Assembly: GCA_964016885.1 (NCBI GenBank)
Contig: OZ024745.1
Location: 19,468,001-19,532,000, forward strand
DNA from: Eledone cirrhosa
Taxonomy: Eukaryota
Direction: 5' to 3'
DNA: 64,000 nt
Shown here: in pieces, positions 1 through 11,786 of the stretch
Layout: each line of letters begins with the position of its first letter
Numbering within the stretch: the first letter of the stretch is position 1
Position numbers and translations under genes: made by a program
Notes under the pieces: model-generated
Database searches by the model: none
Told to the model about the DNA's origin: nothing
What the model saw: the letters and a program-made list of their open reading frames with translations, nothing else

Positions 1-126
1 TAATTAAAAATAAAACTGACACGTTTCCAATTAGTAATCGAAATCCGATAAAATGCATAGACTACGTGACTTCAACTTTATAGGCGGAGAGGTAGTGACG
101 TTATTGATAAGGCGTAGTAGTGCGGT

Positions 127-236
127 ACCACACTATATATATAGTAGTGTTTTACCATACTATATATATAGTAGTGTTTTACCATACTATATATATAGTA
201 GTGTTTTACCATACTATATATATATAGTAGTGTTTT
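127..236. repeat. 27-bp tandem repeat (ccatactatatatatagtagtgtttta), ~4 copies
   Basis: Direct periodicity; explains the repetitive ORF 53..238. Confidence 0.85.
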
Positions 237-330
237 AACATTGTATATAGCTTAGTATTAGTATGTTACCATAGAGTATACTATACATCAATATTTATTA
301 ATATTTTGAATATATATATATATATAATTA

Positions 331-430
331 TTTCTACTTTTGGCACAAGAGCAGCAATTACCACAGTGCATTACTGGTACTTTATTTTATCGGCTCCGCA
401 AAGATGAAAGACAAAATTAACTTCGGCGGA
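331..430 (-). mobile_element. tRNA-derived SINE family A, 3' fragment
   Basis: Reverse complement matches the body and tail (gataaaataaagtaccagtaatgcactg...ttgtgccaaaagtagaaa) of fuller copies such as 55638-55819. Confidence 0.75.
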
Positions 431-737
431 TAACACGCACAGAAGGCCATTTATCAAAAAGATTGCGTCACTTTCACTTTCGTGGTCAAACGTTGTAGAT
501 AAGTGTCTAATGTAACCTGATATAAACAGTCTGAAGAGAGAGGATAGTGAAAGCTGGGATACTTTCCGTGAAAGGTCTGCATGGTTAGGGGCTTATCTGG
601 GGCCAAATATCACACCGCCTCTCTCTGAACAAAAATAAAACAACTCACCCCTTCTCTCTGTCTCTGTATGAAATAACACAACACACCGCCTCTCTCTCTC
701 TCTCCTGTGTATGAAACAACAACACTCCTTTTCTCTA

Positions 738-774
<37 letters not shown>

Positions 775-983
775 GGGATGGACACACGCGTATAACTTGC
801 TGAGTAAGTTCTGTTTAAATTTCTATAGAAATTCTTGTCTGATAACTTTAATTTTTGTACCATTTTGTAGAGGGACTGCCAGGTCAAACTTTGATCTGGT
901 CAGTCTCTCAAAATATTCTACGCCTTTAGGCGAAATAGTTAAAAAAAAAGTTTTTTCTTGTTGAAAAGTCAATATTTTTTTAA

Positions 984-2765
984 ATGGCCGAAGCTTCTTC
1001 ACCAAAATTCGAAGGAGGAAAGGGGAAGATGAACTTACAGCTTCCCCCTGCCACTGTCACAGTAGCAGAGGTCAAGAAGATAGGTCAGCCAGAGGAAGAA
1101 TTCTCTCCACCTGTTAACCGACAACTTGACGTTACCATGGCAACAACCCAAAGAACCAACAGCAACAACAACAACAATGCGACGGTAGAAAACAACACCA
1201 ATAACAATAACAATAACAACAACAAGACCAATAACGGTGACAACAACAACAATGATAACAACAACACCACCAACGACAACAACAACACAAACAAACAAAA
1301 TTTCTCCTTCGCCGAGACGACAAGGAAAACCCTCGACTATCTGCCAGTAGATATAACAAAAGCGAAGGAGCTACTGGCGGATGCGAAAAAATATATAGTG
1401 TACGGGGAAAATGGTTCATTCACAATCCATTCCCCCCCGGAACTAAAAAGCCAGAGACTCCTAAACACGGTCATGTTTAGGACAATCTCGAACAAAAGTA
1501 AAAAACCAGCTCAACCATCACAGAGCGAGATAGAGCTGGTTTTAAAAGACGTCATGAAGGACATCACCTTCATTCAGAAGGATAGACTCTACGGGAGTCT
1601 ATCCATTCTCATGAAGGACAGGGACACAGCAGTGAAACTGTCCATCAAACCAATCACATCCACCGCATACACCTTCTACCCTACGTACATGGGTAGAAGA
1701 ACACAAAAAATAAAAATCCACACCATCCTGCCGATTATGGACATATGGTGGGTTTTGACAGGTTTTCTGGACCTGGAGGATGACATGCTGGTGTCCATGG
1801 GAAAGGCATCGGGTGACGCGTTCAGTGGAACGAGCCTCGAACTTGTAGTTCAAATGAGGCCCGAAAGGATCGCCCAGATCCCTGAACGCGTCATACTGGA
1901 TGATCTAACCTTCATCAACATTACCGTTGAGGGTAGACGGCCCTCGTGTTACCTCTGCGGAACCAGAGGTCACCTGAGGGCTGTCTGTCCCCAACTTAAT
2001 AAGAAAACCCCAATCCTGCCTACACCACCAACAACTGCACAACCAACACAATCACCACAACAACCACTACAAAAACAACCACCACAGCTCAAACCAAAAC
2101 AAAACAATGTCCAACCCATCCCCTCCACTCAAAAAACAAAAACAATTTCCAAAACACCCGTACCGCAAACACAACCCGAAAATATACCCCTCCCCTCCAA
2201 CGCGGAAGATGACCCTAGTTCGTCGTCAGACGAGGAGGAGCACTTCCACACAATCAAAAGAAAAAAAAGAAAACACACCTCAGACACACAAATGAAAAAA
2301 ACCCCTCCCCAAAACATAACACTGACACCAACACAAAAGAGCTCACAACAGCAAACAAAAAACACCACACAAAAACAAAAACATGCATACACATACATAA
2401 ATACAAGAAACAAAAAACTGTTAAACATTGTGTACAACAACAATCTAATAAAAACACAAGGGCCTAACTTCACCCAGGCAGGGGATTTCCCCCACCTCAA
2501 AATGATTAAGGCCCCACAGGACACCTATAAAACTTTAAAAAACAATTTTAAAGAGGACGTGGGTCCCCCCTGCGTCGGGCCCATTAACCGAGTCCTCCTA
2601 AAAAACTATCCCACCCCCTCCCCAAACACCCTCACAACTCCAAGCTCCCCAACCACACAACACACTGATGCCCCCACACTTCCACAAACCACCACCCCAC
2701 CCAACAACCCATCCCCCACCCTAATGGAAATTGTGCAGCCCGATACCCGGGACGCAGAGAGGTAA
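984..2765 (+). CDS. LINE ORF1, gag-like nucleic-acid-binding protein (593 aa)
   Basis: CX2CX4HX4C knuckle CYLCGTRGHLRAVC, poly-Asn N-terminal region, P/T/Q/K-rich C-terminal half, basic KRKKRK motif; directly upstream of ORF2. Confidence 0.9.
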   Translation: MAEASSPKFEGGKGKMNLQLPPATVTVAEVKKIGQPEEEFSPPVNRQLDVTMATTQRTNSNNNNNATVENNTNNNNNNNNKTNNGDNNNNDNNNTTNDNNNTNKQNFSFAETTRKTLDYLPVDITKAKELLADAKKYIVYGENGSFTIHSPPELKSQRLLNTVMFRTISNKSKKPAQPSQSEIELVLKDVMKDITFIQKDRLYGSLSILMKDRDTAVKLSIKPITSTAYTFYPTYMGRRTQKIKIHTILPIMDIWWVLTGFLDLEDDMLVSMGKASGDAFSGTSLELVVQMRPERIAQIPERVILDDLTFINITVEGRRPSCYLCGTRGHLRAVCPQLNKKTPILPTPPTTAQPTQSPQQPLQKQPPQLKPKQNNVQPIPSTQKTKTISKTPVPQTQPENIPLPSNAEDDPSSSSDEEEHFHTIKRKKRKHTSDTQMKKTPPQNITLTPTQKSSQQQTKNTTQKQKHAYTYINTRNKKLLNIVYNNNLIKTQGPNFTQAGDFPHLKMIKAPQDTYKTLKNNFKEDVGPPCVGPINRVLLKNYPTPSPNTLTTPSSPTTQHTDAPTLPQTTTPPNNPSPTLMEIVQPDTRDAER

Positions 2766-2789
2766 GTGCCTTTTCTCTTCACCACCAAC

Positions 2790-5700
2790 ATGGCTATGCT
2801 AAGAGTAGGCTGTTTAAATGCGCGTGGCCTGGGCTCAACTTGGAAGCAAGCAATGCTTCTAAATGACCTCAGGTCACAACGTATAGATGTGATGGTTATT
2901 TGCGAGGCCCGGATCAGCAACGTGCGACAGCTGGCCCCCACCTTTGATGACTTTGAGATGCACGCATCTCTCTGTCAGCCTGGAGGTGGGGGTGGAGTTG
3001 TCGTTCTGCTGCAAAAACATCTGGGTCTCGCAACACAGATGGTACATTTGGACCCGGAGGGTCGACTAGTGGTTCTGGACCTTGGCAGTGGTAAAGGCGG
3101 AGCGTTTAGGTTGGTAGCCGCCTACGGCCCTTTCGGGTCAATGCGGCCGGACTTCTTCCATCGTCTGGAGACTTTTCTAGGGACGTCCCGCTCCTTGCTA
3201 TTAGTGGGGGACTGGAATGGTATCCTAGATGCACGTTGGGACTACGTAGGGGCCTGCCCCGATAGAGAGGGGTGTAATAGCCTCAAAGGGTTAATCGGTC
3301 GATTTGACCTGGCCGATAGATATCGACTAGATTTTCCGACTGCGCCAACCTGGACTTGGGCAAATCGTAGCGGATCATCTAGGTCGTACCTAGATAGGTT
3401 CTTAGTTAGAATTAAGGATAAGGACTTTTTAAGTTGTCCAAAAATGCGCATTGTTGGCTATTCAGACCACAAATTAGTGACCTGCATGGTCAACCTTGAC
3501 AGAACTCATAGACAGGGCCCCGGTTACTGGAAGCTCAACTTGTCCTTGCCGGCAAGTAGAGCCTACAGGAATCGGATTAGTACGTTAGTTAAGGAACGGT
3601 TGACTGGAGCGATCGTCAACAGCAGGTGGTGGGTATCTCTAAAGAGAGAGATTAGAGTAGTCTCGATAGAATTTAGTAAGGTTCTAGCTGCGGATAGGAA
3701 TAGGAAGGAAAGGGAGCTAATAGATAGAGTAGAAGAGGCAATTAGAAGCGGCGACGTGGCCAGAGTGCTAGCGTCGAGAACGGCTTTGAGCCAGTTTTTC
3801 GACGCGAAGCACGAAGGCTGCGTTGTCCGAAGTAAAATACGTGCTCTAGGGAACGAGGGGACCAAAGCTGTTAGCTGGGCCCGCGTGACAGAGGCCAACA
3901 GTGGAACTAAATCCACCATCCGGTCTTTGCGAGACCTGGATGGACGGGCGATTCTTGAGCCTAAGCAGATGTGTGAGGCCTTTCAAAGGCACTTTGCCCG
4001 ACTGTTCGGGAGGGGCGGGGAGCCGGTTGGGAACGTGGACTTCGGTCCATACCTCGACGGCCTGCCGCGCCTCTCGGACAGGGAGGCGAAGTCCTGCGAG
4101 GAGCCGATTTCGGCCGCTGAGATAGAGGACGTGCTGAGCCAATGCGGCAAACGCAAATCCCCGGGTCTCGATGGTCTTCCTTACGAATTATATCTAGCTA
4201 TGCCGGACTTGTTCCCCGATCTCCTCGAGGCGGTCTACTGCAACTGGCAACAGAACGGGAGAATTCCCTGTACTGTGACCAAGGGCGTAGTCACGCTAGT
4301 GAGGAAGGACGAGAACAAGGGGGACGAAATAAGTAACTTCAGGCCCATAACACTGCTAAATACAGAGTTACAGATTTTGGCCAAGGTGCTAGCAAAGAGG
4401 TTGGCGCTTGTCGTGGGCAACCTGGTGGGAGATGCGCAGACATGCGCTATCCCGTCCAGGTCCATCCATGACAACCTCCACCTCATGCGATACATCATAG
4501 AGAGGGTTGGGAACGAACCCGGCTTTGGTGGGGCTCTGATCAACTTGGATCAATCTAAGGCGTTCGATAGGGTCGACCATGGTTACCTGGATGCGGTGCT
4601 AGCGGCGGCAGGCTTCGGACCCGTTTTCAGGGGCTGGATCACTGCTATGCACAGCAGCCGCATCTGCTCTAGGGTCAAGGTGAACGGCTACCTCTCGGAG
4701 CCGTTCAAAATCGCGCGGTCCATCCGACAAGGGTGCCCTCTCTCCTCCCTTCTGTATGTATTGACTCTCGAGCCACTACTGCGGAAGTTGGAGTTGTTGC
4801 AGGGCATCCCTTTGGAACCGGGATTGCGGAAAGCGGTGTCGGCCTACGCCGATGACGTGACAGTAATGGTGTCGACGGCCTCCGAAATCGAGGCGGTCGG
4901 CACCTTACTGGAGGAGTACGAAAAGTTCACAGGGGCTAAGCTGAACCGGGACAAGTCGATCGGTTTGCAACTCGGCACGTGGAGGGGCAGACCGATGCCC
5001 TCCGATAGCGTCGTCGGACGCTGGACGGAGGGCCCGGTGAAGTTGCTCGGGGTCTGGTTCGGACCGGACCTCCAGGTGGAGAAAAACTGGGCGGAGGTTA
5101 CGAACAGAGTGTTTGCACTGACCCAGAAGTGGGCCAGTTGCAAACTATCCCTGAAAGGTCGGGCGGAGGTGGCGAACACCTACATAGCGTCCGTCATCTA
5201 CTACCGCCTGACCGTAGTGCCCTGCCCAAGGGAAACCCTCACCAAGATGGAGCGCGCGCTCTTCCAATTCCTTTGGAAGAGGCGGGCTCCTATGGTGAGG
5301 AGATCCATCTGCTGTCAACACCCTTCGAAAGGAGGGCTGGGGATGCCGTGGCTAATGATGCGTAAACACGCATTAAGGCTACGGCACCTCTACGTATTCC
5401 TCACCGGACAACCGGTGTGGGCCTCGTTTGTGAGACGAACCTTTCCCAGACTCGTCTCACTCACCGAGCTGCAATCCTGGGTCAAGCAAAGACCGAGAAA
5501 ACTGGGCGCCTGGCACACTGAGTGTGCCCAGGCGCTCACCGCCCTCTGGCAGGCGGATCCGGTTATCAGTGGAGACTCCACCGCAACATTCTATAGAGGG
5601 CTGGTACGCAGCAGGTGCGACGACGCCCTCGGAGAAGCCCTAGACATGGAGGAGGACGAACTGGCCAGCCTTTTCGGTAGGACATTCAGCCCGGGACCTA

Positions 5701-6227
5701 TGGACAACTTCCAGAAGTCCCTGGCCTGGCAGTGCTACCGAGGGGCTTTACCCGTTCGAGAAAGGCTCTACAGACACGGGCGCCCGGGTAGGGACCCCGC
5801 CAAAAAGATCTGTCCCAGATGCGTGTGCGACGAGGAAACCGTTGCACACGCATTAGTACACTGCTCGGGCGTAGCCGATCTGTGGGGCTATGTCGAACAA
5901 CTGCTGTCAAGGGTGGGACCGATCCGGTTGACCACCGAGTCTATTGTAATGATCAAGCCGCCTCCCCCCTTCAAAGATGAAGCAGAGGCGGTGTTTCTGT
6001 GCGTAATAGCCATGGCGAAAGAGGTTGTATGGTGGACGCGTCTGAAAGGACTGAGGTCGGGCACCTTTCTCTCTGGCCAACAACTGGTCCGTTTCTTCCG
6101 ATATCATTTCGGAAGAAGGATCAGGATGGAGAGAGAGGTGCTGCACCCCAGCCGTTTCTATGAAAGATGGGTGAAAGTGGCGAGAATGGCCCGTGTGAAT
6201 GGGCCTTCACTCTACATCAGACTATAG
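2790..6227 (+). CDS. LINE ORF2: APE endonuclease + reverse transcriptase + C-terminal CCHC finger
   Basis: APE motifs CLNARGL, ICE, VGDWN, YLDRFL, SDH. RT motifs KSPGLDG, FRPITLLN, LDQSKAFDRVDH, RQGCPLS, YADD. GGLG motif and CPRC..ETVAHALVHC. First ATG at 2790; frame open from 2766. Confidence 0.95.
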   Translation: MAMLRVGCLNARGLGSTWKQAMLLNDLRSQRIDVMVICEARISNVRQLAPTFDDFEMHASLCQPGGGGGVVVLLQKHLGLATQMVHLDPEGRLVVLDLGSGKGGAFRLVAAYGPFGSMRPDFFHRLETFLGTSRSLLLVGDWNGILDARWDYVGACPDREGCNSLKGLIGRFDLADRYRLDFPTAPTWTWANRSGSSRSYLDRFLVRIKDKDFLSCPKMRIVGYSDHKLVTCMVNLDRTHRQGPGYWKLNLSLPASRAYRNRISTLVKERLTGAIVNSRWWVSLKREIRVVSIEFSKVLAADRNRKERELIDRVEEAIRSGDVARVLASRTALSQFFDAKHEGCVVRSKIRALGNEGTKAVSWARVTEANSGTKSTIRSLRDLDGRAILEPKQMCEAFQRHFARLFGRGGEPVGNVDFGPYLDGLPRLSDREAKSCEEPISAAEIEDVLSQCGKRKSPGLDGLPYELYLAMPDLFPDLLEAVYCNWQQNGRIPCTVTKGVVTLVRKDENKGDEISNFRPITLLNTELQILAKVLAKRLALVVGNLVGDAQTCAIPSRSIHDNLHLMRYIIERVGNEPGFGGALINLDQSKAFDRVDHGYLDAVLAAAGFGPVFRGWITAMHSSRICSRVKVNGYLSEPFKIARSIRQGCPLSSLLYVLTLEPLLRKLELLQGIPLEPGLRKAVSAYADDVTVMVSTASEIEAVGTLLEEYEKFTGAKLNRDKSIGLQLGTWRGRPMPSDSVVGRWTEGPVKLLGVWFGPDLQVEKNWAEVTNRVFALTQKWASCKLSLKGRAEVANTYIASVIYYRLTVVPCPRETLTKMERALFQFLWKRRAPMVRRSICCQHPSKGGLGMPWLMMRKHALRLRHLYVFLTGQPVWASFVRRTFPRLVSLTELQSWVKQRPRKLGAWHTECAQALTALWQADPVISGDSTATFYRGLVRSRCDDALGEALDMEEDELASLFGRTFSPGPMDNFQKSLAWQCYRGALPVRERLYRHGRPGRDPAKKICPRCVCDEETVAHALVHCSGVADLWGYVEQLLSRVGPIRLTTESIVMIKPPPPFKDEAEAVFLCVIAMAKEVVWWTRLKGLRSGTFLSGQQLVRFFRYHFGRRIRMEREVLHPSRFYERWVKVARMARVNGPSLYIRL

Positions 6228-6509
6228 GTGAGGAAGATGAAAGACCAAGGGAGCACCCCTTCTCTGTGCTCCTGAGGAGAAGGGTTGCACACTTTTTTCG
6301 GGGGTGTGTGCGACCCCCCCAAGGCGCCTCCTCTCTATTGAGGATTTTGTTAAAAATTTTATTTTTTGTTATATCTTATTTTATTTTTATATTTTGTTAT
6401 TGCCTCCTCCTTATTGAGGACGCCTTTTTGTGTAAACTCCCCCCTTTGTACTTGTCCCACTTTTGATGCCCTAGTGGCAAATAAAAGAAATATATCTATC
6501 TATCTATCT

Positions 6510-6785
6510 ATATAACACAAGACTCCGCTTTCTCTCTCTATATATCTATAACACAACACAACACCTCTCTATATCTATAAAACAACAACACAGTACTCTA
6601 TATATCTCTATAAAATAACACAACACTCCGCTTTCTCTTTATATATCTATCTATATATCTATAAAACAACACAACACCTTCTATATCTATAAAACAACAA
6701 CACAGTACTCCGCTATCTATCTATCTATATAAAAGAACACAGCACTCCGCTTTCTATCTATCTCTATAAAACAACAACACAACCC
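6510..6785. repeat. Degenerate minisatellite (ataaaacaacaacac...ctccgctttctctatatct), also present at 631-735
   Basis: Similar units lie on both sides of the LINE, so the array was split by the insertion. Confidence 0.7.
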
Positions 6786-7064
6786 ATCGCTTGTTTCTGA
6801 TTCCGGCGAGATCGATAAAATAAGTACCAGAACCAGACATGTAAAATAAAACGCAGTGTGTCAATTATGATCGACTAAAAAGATTCCTTCAAGTCAATTA
6901 CTGCCCCAGCATGGCAGTAGTCGACTGAAATCAGTGGAAGAATCAAAACCAAAAATATATATTAAGAATATATAAAGATATATAAAGAATGTAAAAAAAA
7001 ATAGTTAAATGTGTGTGTATTGTTTATGGCTTTAACAGGAAGGGGAGAATATTCGCTAGTACCC

Positions 7065-7101
<37 letters not shown>

Positions 7102-7333
7102 GAAACACACAGATACATGCGGACACACACATATATACATGAATGCATCCGCACCCAACTGTGAGTTAAGGGTGCCAACTTCACCGATGTTGCTCAATGA
7201 ATGACTGGGACAGACCAATTCAGTTTGAACCAGACTGAACCAGTATCAGAGTTAAAAATACATTATGAAGAGAGAAGAAACATTTAGATATAATTAGTAA
7301 TAAAATGTATCATACCTAAACTGTTCCTAAATT

Positions 7334-7419
7334 CCTCGACTACGTAGTTTCGTGGCATAAACAAAAACAATATATCAAAGATATAGAGTCCTTGCGAGGT
7401 CTGCCGACTTATCAAGAGG
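7334..7419 (-). ncRNA. Decayed minimal type I hammerhead motif (PLE-end remnant)
   Basis: Minus strand: cctc-TTGATAA-gtcggca...tgccac-GAAAC-tacgta-GTC-gagg. Core is two transitions away from CTGATGA. Confidence 0.5.
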
Positions 7420-7729
7420 ATATATATATATATATTTAGTTGTGTATAATGGTAGCTATGGTGCTTCCATAGGCAGTATGCCAAAATTAGCACTCGATAT
7501 TCAGCAGAGTAGAGTGTAGATAGTATAAAGAAAACGAAAAATCAGTGATGCATCTGGACTTAATTTGTTGCGTGGTACAATTGTTTCGCCGGCAGGTAGT
7601 CGGGACTTGGTCCCTGTATGGATCTGGCTGGTTCTACTTCTGCGGGTTCTTTCAGAAACGGGTAGTTCGTTCGGACCAAATTTTAAAAATATATATATAT
7701 TTATACATATATATACATTTATATGTATA

Positions 7730-7781
<52 letters not shown>

Positions 7782-8044
7782 ATTATATGTATATATGTAC
7801 ACACATTTATATGTATATATATATATATATATATACACATTTATATGTGTGTCTATATATATATATATATACATACACACATTTATATGTATATATACCC
7901 ATTTATATGTGTGTCTATATATATATATATATACATACACACATTTATATGTATATATACCCATTTATATGTATGTGTATATATATATTTATATATATAT
8001 ATATATACACACATTTATATGTATATATATATATATATATATTT

Positions 8045-8330
8045 ATCATCATCATCATCATCAACGTTTAACGTCCGTGTTCCACGCTTGCATGGATTTG
8101 GACGGGGGTAGTCCCACTTGAGGCAAGAGTGATTGTCTTGCTCGCATAGGACTGTCTGGCAGGTTTTCTACAGTTGGATGCCCTTCCTAACACCAACCAC
8201 ATTTACAGTGTGGGTCTGGGAGGTTTTTACCGTGTTGCCTACACGGCCACATTACAGCGTGGACTGTGTGTTTTTTTGTCGTGACACCTACACGATCTCA
8301 TTTGTTTCGGCCTGGATGGCGCGGCACCAA
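8045..8330 (-). mobile_element. Probable SINE/RTE-tail-type repeat with (GAT)n tail
   Basis: (CAT)n run followed by gtttaacgtccg...ggatgcccttcctaacaccaacc, a motif recalled from invertebrate retroposon 3' ends; not verified. Confidence 0.45.
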
Positions 8331-8357
8331 CATAACTTTACATAATTTATATGTATG

Positions 8358-8403
<46 letters not shown>

Positions 8404-8425
8404 TTTATATGTATATATACACATA

Positions 8426-8473
<48 letters not shown>

Positions 8474-8494
8474 TTTATATGTATATATACACAT

Positions 8495-8532
<38 letters not shown>

Positions 8533-8699
8533 TTATATGTATATATACACATTTATATGTATATATATTTATATATATATATATACACACATTTATATGT
8601 ATCTATATATATCACCCCACTCTCAAGAGCGTGAAACTAATAAACCTTTGTTCGTACTACCTGTTTTGTTCCCGTTCAATTTTTTACTATATATATATC

Positions 8700-8735
<36 letters not shown>

Positions 8736-8743
8736 TTTATGTG

Positions 8744-8832
<89 letters not shown>

Positions 8833-8862
8833 TTATATGTATATATATATATATATACACAT

Positions 8863-8931
<69 letters not shown>

Positions 8932-8936
8932 CACAT

Positions 8937-8967
<31 letters not shown>

Positions 8968-8973
8968 CACATT

Positions 8974-9005
<32 letters not shown>

Positions 9006-9209
9006 CACATTTATATGTGTATATATATATATATATACACATTTATATGTATATATATACACATTCATATGTGTATATATATATATACACATTTATATGT
9101 ATATATATATATACACATTCATATGTGTATATATATATATACACATTTATATGTATATATATATATATACACATTTATATGTATATATATATACACATTT
9201 ATATGTATA

Positions 9210-9409
9210 NNNNNNNNNNNNNNNNNNNNNNNNNNNNNNNNNNNNNNNNNNNNNNNNNNNNNNNNNNNNNNNNNNNNNNNNNNNNNNNNNNNNNNNNNNN
9301 NNNNNNNNNNNNNNNNNNNNNNNNNNNNNNNNNNNNNNNNNNNNNNNNNNNNNNNNNNNNNNNNNNNNNNNNNNNNNNNNNNNNNNNNNNNNNNNNNNNN
9401 NNNNNNNNN
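9210..9409. other. Assembly gap (200 N)
   Basis: Run of n; contiguity across it is not guaranteed. Confidence 1.
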
Positions 9410-9893
9410 TAAACAATATATACACACACACACACCTACACACATATACACACATAAACATACACGTACACACACACATACACGCATATACACACATAAA
9501 CATACACGTACACACACACACACCTACACACATACACACATAAACATACACGTGCACAACACACATACACACATATACACACATATACACACACACATAC
9601 ACACATATACACACATAAACATACACGCACCAACACACATACACACATATACACACATAAACATACACGTACACACACACCCACATACACACATAAACAC
9701 AAATAAACATACACGTACACACACACATACACACATATACACACATAAGCATACACGTACACACACACACATAGACACACATAAACATACACGTACACAC
9801 ACACACATACACACATATACACACATAAACATACACGTGTACATACATACGCACACAGACGCATATACATCTATATGTATATATATATATATA

Positions 9894-9969
9894 CAGTGTG
9901 TCCCTCAAAAATGTATACATACTTTCATTACCTGCACAGTCTTTGTTTATACATTTTTGGGGGACACCC

Positions 9970-9971
<2 letters not shown>
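9894..9971. mobile_element. ~80-bp Tc1/mariner-type MITE
   Basis: TIRs cagtgtgtccctcaaaaatgtata / tatacatttttgggggacaccctg, next to (TA)n; sister copy at 12066. Confidence 0.75.
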
Positions 9972-10056
<85 letters not shown>

Positions 10057-10365
10057 ACAGAATGGCAAATAGTAAAAAAAAAAGAAAGGAGAAACGGAAG
10101 GTGCAAGACGAAAGTGAGAGAAAGTGAGAGAGAGAGAGAAAGTGAAAGAGTGTGAGAGAGAGAGAGAGAGAGAGAGAGAAGAGAGAGAAGGTGAATGAGA
10201 GAGAAAGAGAGAGATGTTGAGAGAGAAGAGGGAGAGGGGGAGGTGAGAGACAGCGTAGGTTAAGTAGTAAGGTATGTGATAATATTTTGACATGTGATAT
10301 ATGTAAGAGAGTCTGGTTAATGGCAATGATATAGGTTCAGGAGCAACATGATATCCGGGGGGGGG

Positions 10366-11682
10366 GGGGGGTATCTCGAAAAAGTATCCGACTTTACTAC
10401 TTCACCCCTCTTCCTGTGGGAAGTAATAACAGTTGGAAGTGAAAAGTGTGCATAATATTGCCGCATACATTCCTGCGCATGCGTGGGGTTTTTTTTTGGC
10501 GAACTCACAAAATGCGTCACTCGCTGTCATGCAGACAACGTGTGTATGTGTGTATAATGTTGTATTAGAAACTCGTCGCATTTTAAATTCGCTCGATATT
10601 GTTAACAAGGGTCCTGAGTTTCTGAAGATCGTAATAACTGGAGATGAGACGTGGGCGTTTGGAGCGATCAAGAAGCCAAAGGTCATTCACAACAGAGGAA
10701 CTATCTAGCTTCATCAAGTTCCTCATCCTCACATAACAAAGCTCGTCTGATGCAGAGCAAAGTCAAGTTAATTATTGTTGCTTTCTTCGACTAACGAATC
10801 GTTTGTACTTGAGGGATATACACCAGAAGGACGTAATGCAGATGTATGTAAGACACCACAATTGTGGGCCTCGTGATACTGACAAGCTGAATCATGGGTT
10901 AAATAACCTCACCACCAACCTGTAATTGGCCAACCTGTGAAGGAGCATGGCTTAGTGGTTAGAGCATTGGGCTTGCAATCGAAAGGTTGTGAGTTCAATT
11001 CTCGGACCGGGTGATGTGTTGTTTCCTTGAACAAGACACTTTATTTCACGCTGCTCCAGTTTACTCAGCTGTAGAAATGAGATGATAGGACTGAGGTCCC
11101 TATCATTAAATCACCCAAGACACCTCCAACGAGATATACTTGGAGGAGGCCAGCTAAACCTGCATATGTGTGAGCTGTAACAACAACAACAACAATTGGT
11201 CAAGCGGGATGAGTACGGCTACTCCACCCCTAAAGACATGACCAAAACCAAACAGAAAGTGGTGGAGGTCAACCAGGAGGGATTCCACCAACAGGGATAA
11301 GAAAGCCCTGGATTAGATTGCATCATGACAAAGTCCCGGCTCATTCGTCGCAGCTGATCCAAGATTCCGGTTTCTTGGCAAAGAATGGTATTTCATTTAT
11401 TGGCCAGTCTCTTTAATCTCCAGACAGATTCTTCTGACTTCTCTTCCGAGTCTACACGACATTATGCCTTCTGCAACGACGGAGCTAAAAGTCATTCTGG
11501 AAAAGTCATTCCAGGCGTGTTTCGAACATTGGAAGTATCACTGGGCTAAGTCTGTTTGTGTATTTGGGTGGGGGTGGGGTGAGGGGCAAGGGCGTGGGGT
11601 GAGGGGCAATGGTTTACTTCAAAGGCGATTAGCAATTTAATGTAATCAAGTATCTAATTTTCCTTACGGAGCCGACAGCCCT

Positions 11683-11683
<1 letters not shown>
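10366..11683 (+). pseudogene. Decayed mariner transposase remnant with nested insertions
   Basis: FLKIVITGDETW (~10620-10655), KARLMQSKVK (~10740), FLAKNGI...SPD (~11370-11430, YSPDL-like), CFEHWKYHWAK and YFKGD* near 11520-11632. Confidence 0.75.
10939..11195 (+). mobile_element. tRNA-derived CORE-like SINE (family B) nested in the mariner remnant
   Basis: A box tggcttagtggt, B box gagttcaattc, core ccttgaacaagacactttatttcacg, downstream (CAA)n. Confidence 0.75.
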
Positions 11684-11730
<47 letters not shown>

Positions 11731-11786
11731 ACACTGGAAGGTAATATCCGTAGTAGTAGAGCACTCAGTCCATGGGACGAGTTAGG

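Larger units (their letters stand above)
775..6490 (+). mobile_element. Full-length Tx1/L1-group non-LTR retrotransposon, apparently intact
   Basis: Two uninterrupted ORFs, 5' UTR 775-983, T-rich 3' UTR, AATAAA at 6480-6485 and short A-rich end. Flanked on both sides by TATATC(TATC)n. Confidence 0.93.
7689..10034. repeat. Compound (TA)n / acacatttatatgt / (CA)n microsatellite field
   Basis: Direct reading; source of the YI/HT ORF artefacts. Includes short non-repetitive islands and the gap. Confidence 0.9.

Noticed and set aside
3242-6146. Short antisense and alternative-frame ORFs inside LINE ORF2
   Set aside because: Expected shadow ORFs of a GC-rich coding region; no motifs.
7570-7680. 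HHR 3' half GAAACaattGTA on the minus strand (similar halves at ~17-28, ~28073; lone CTGACGA at ~32508)
   Set aside because: No convincing partner core or stem I; at best very decayed.
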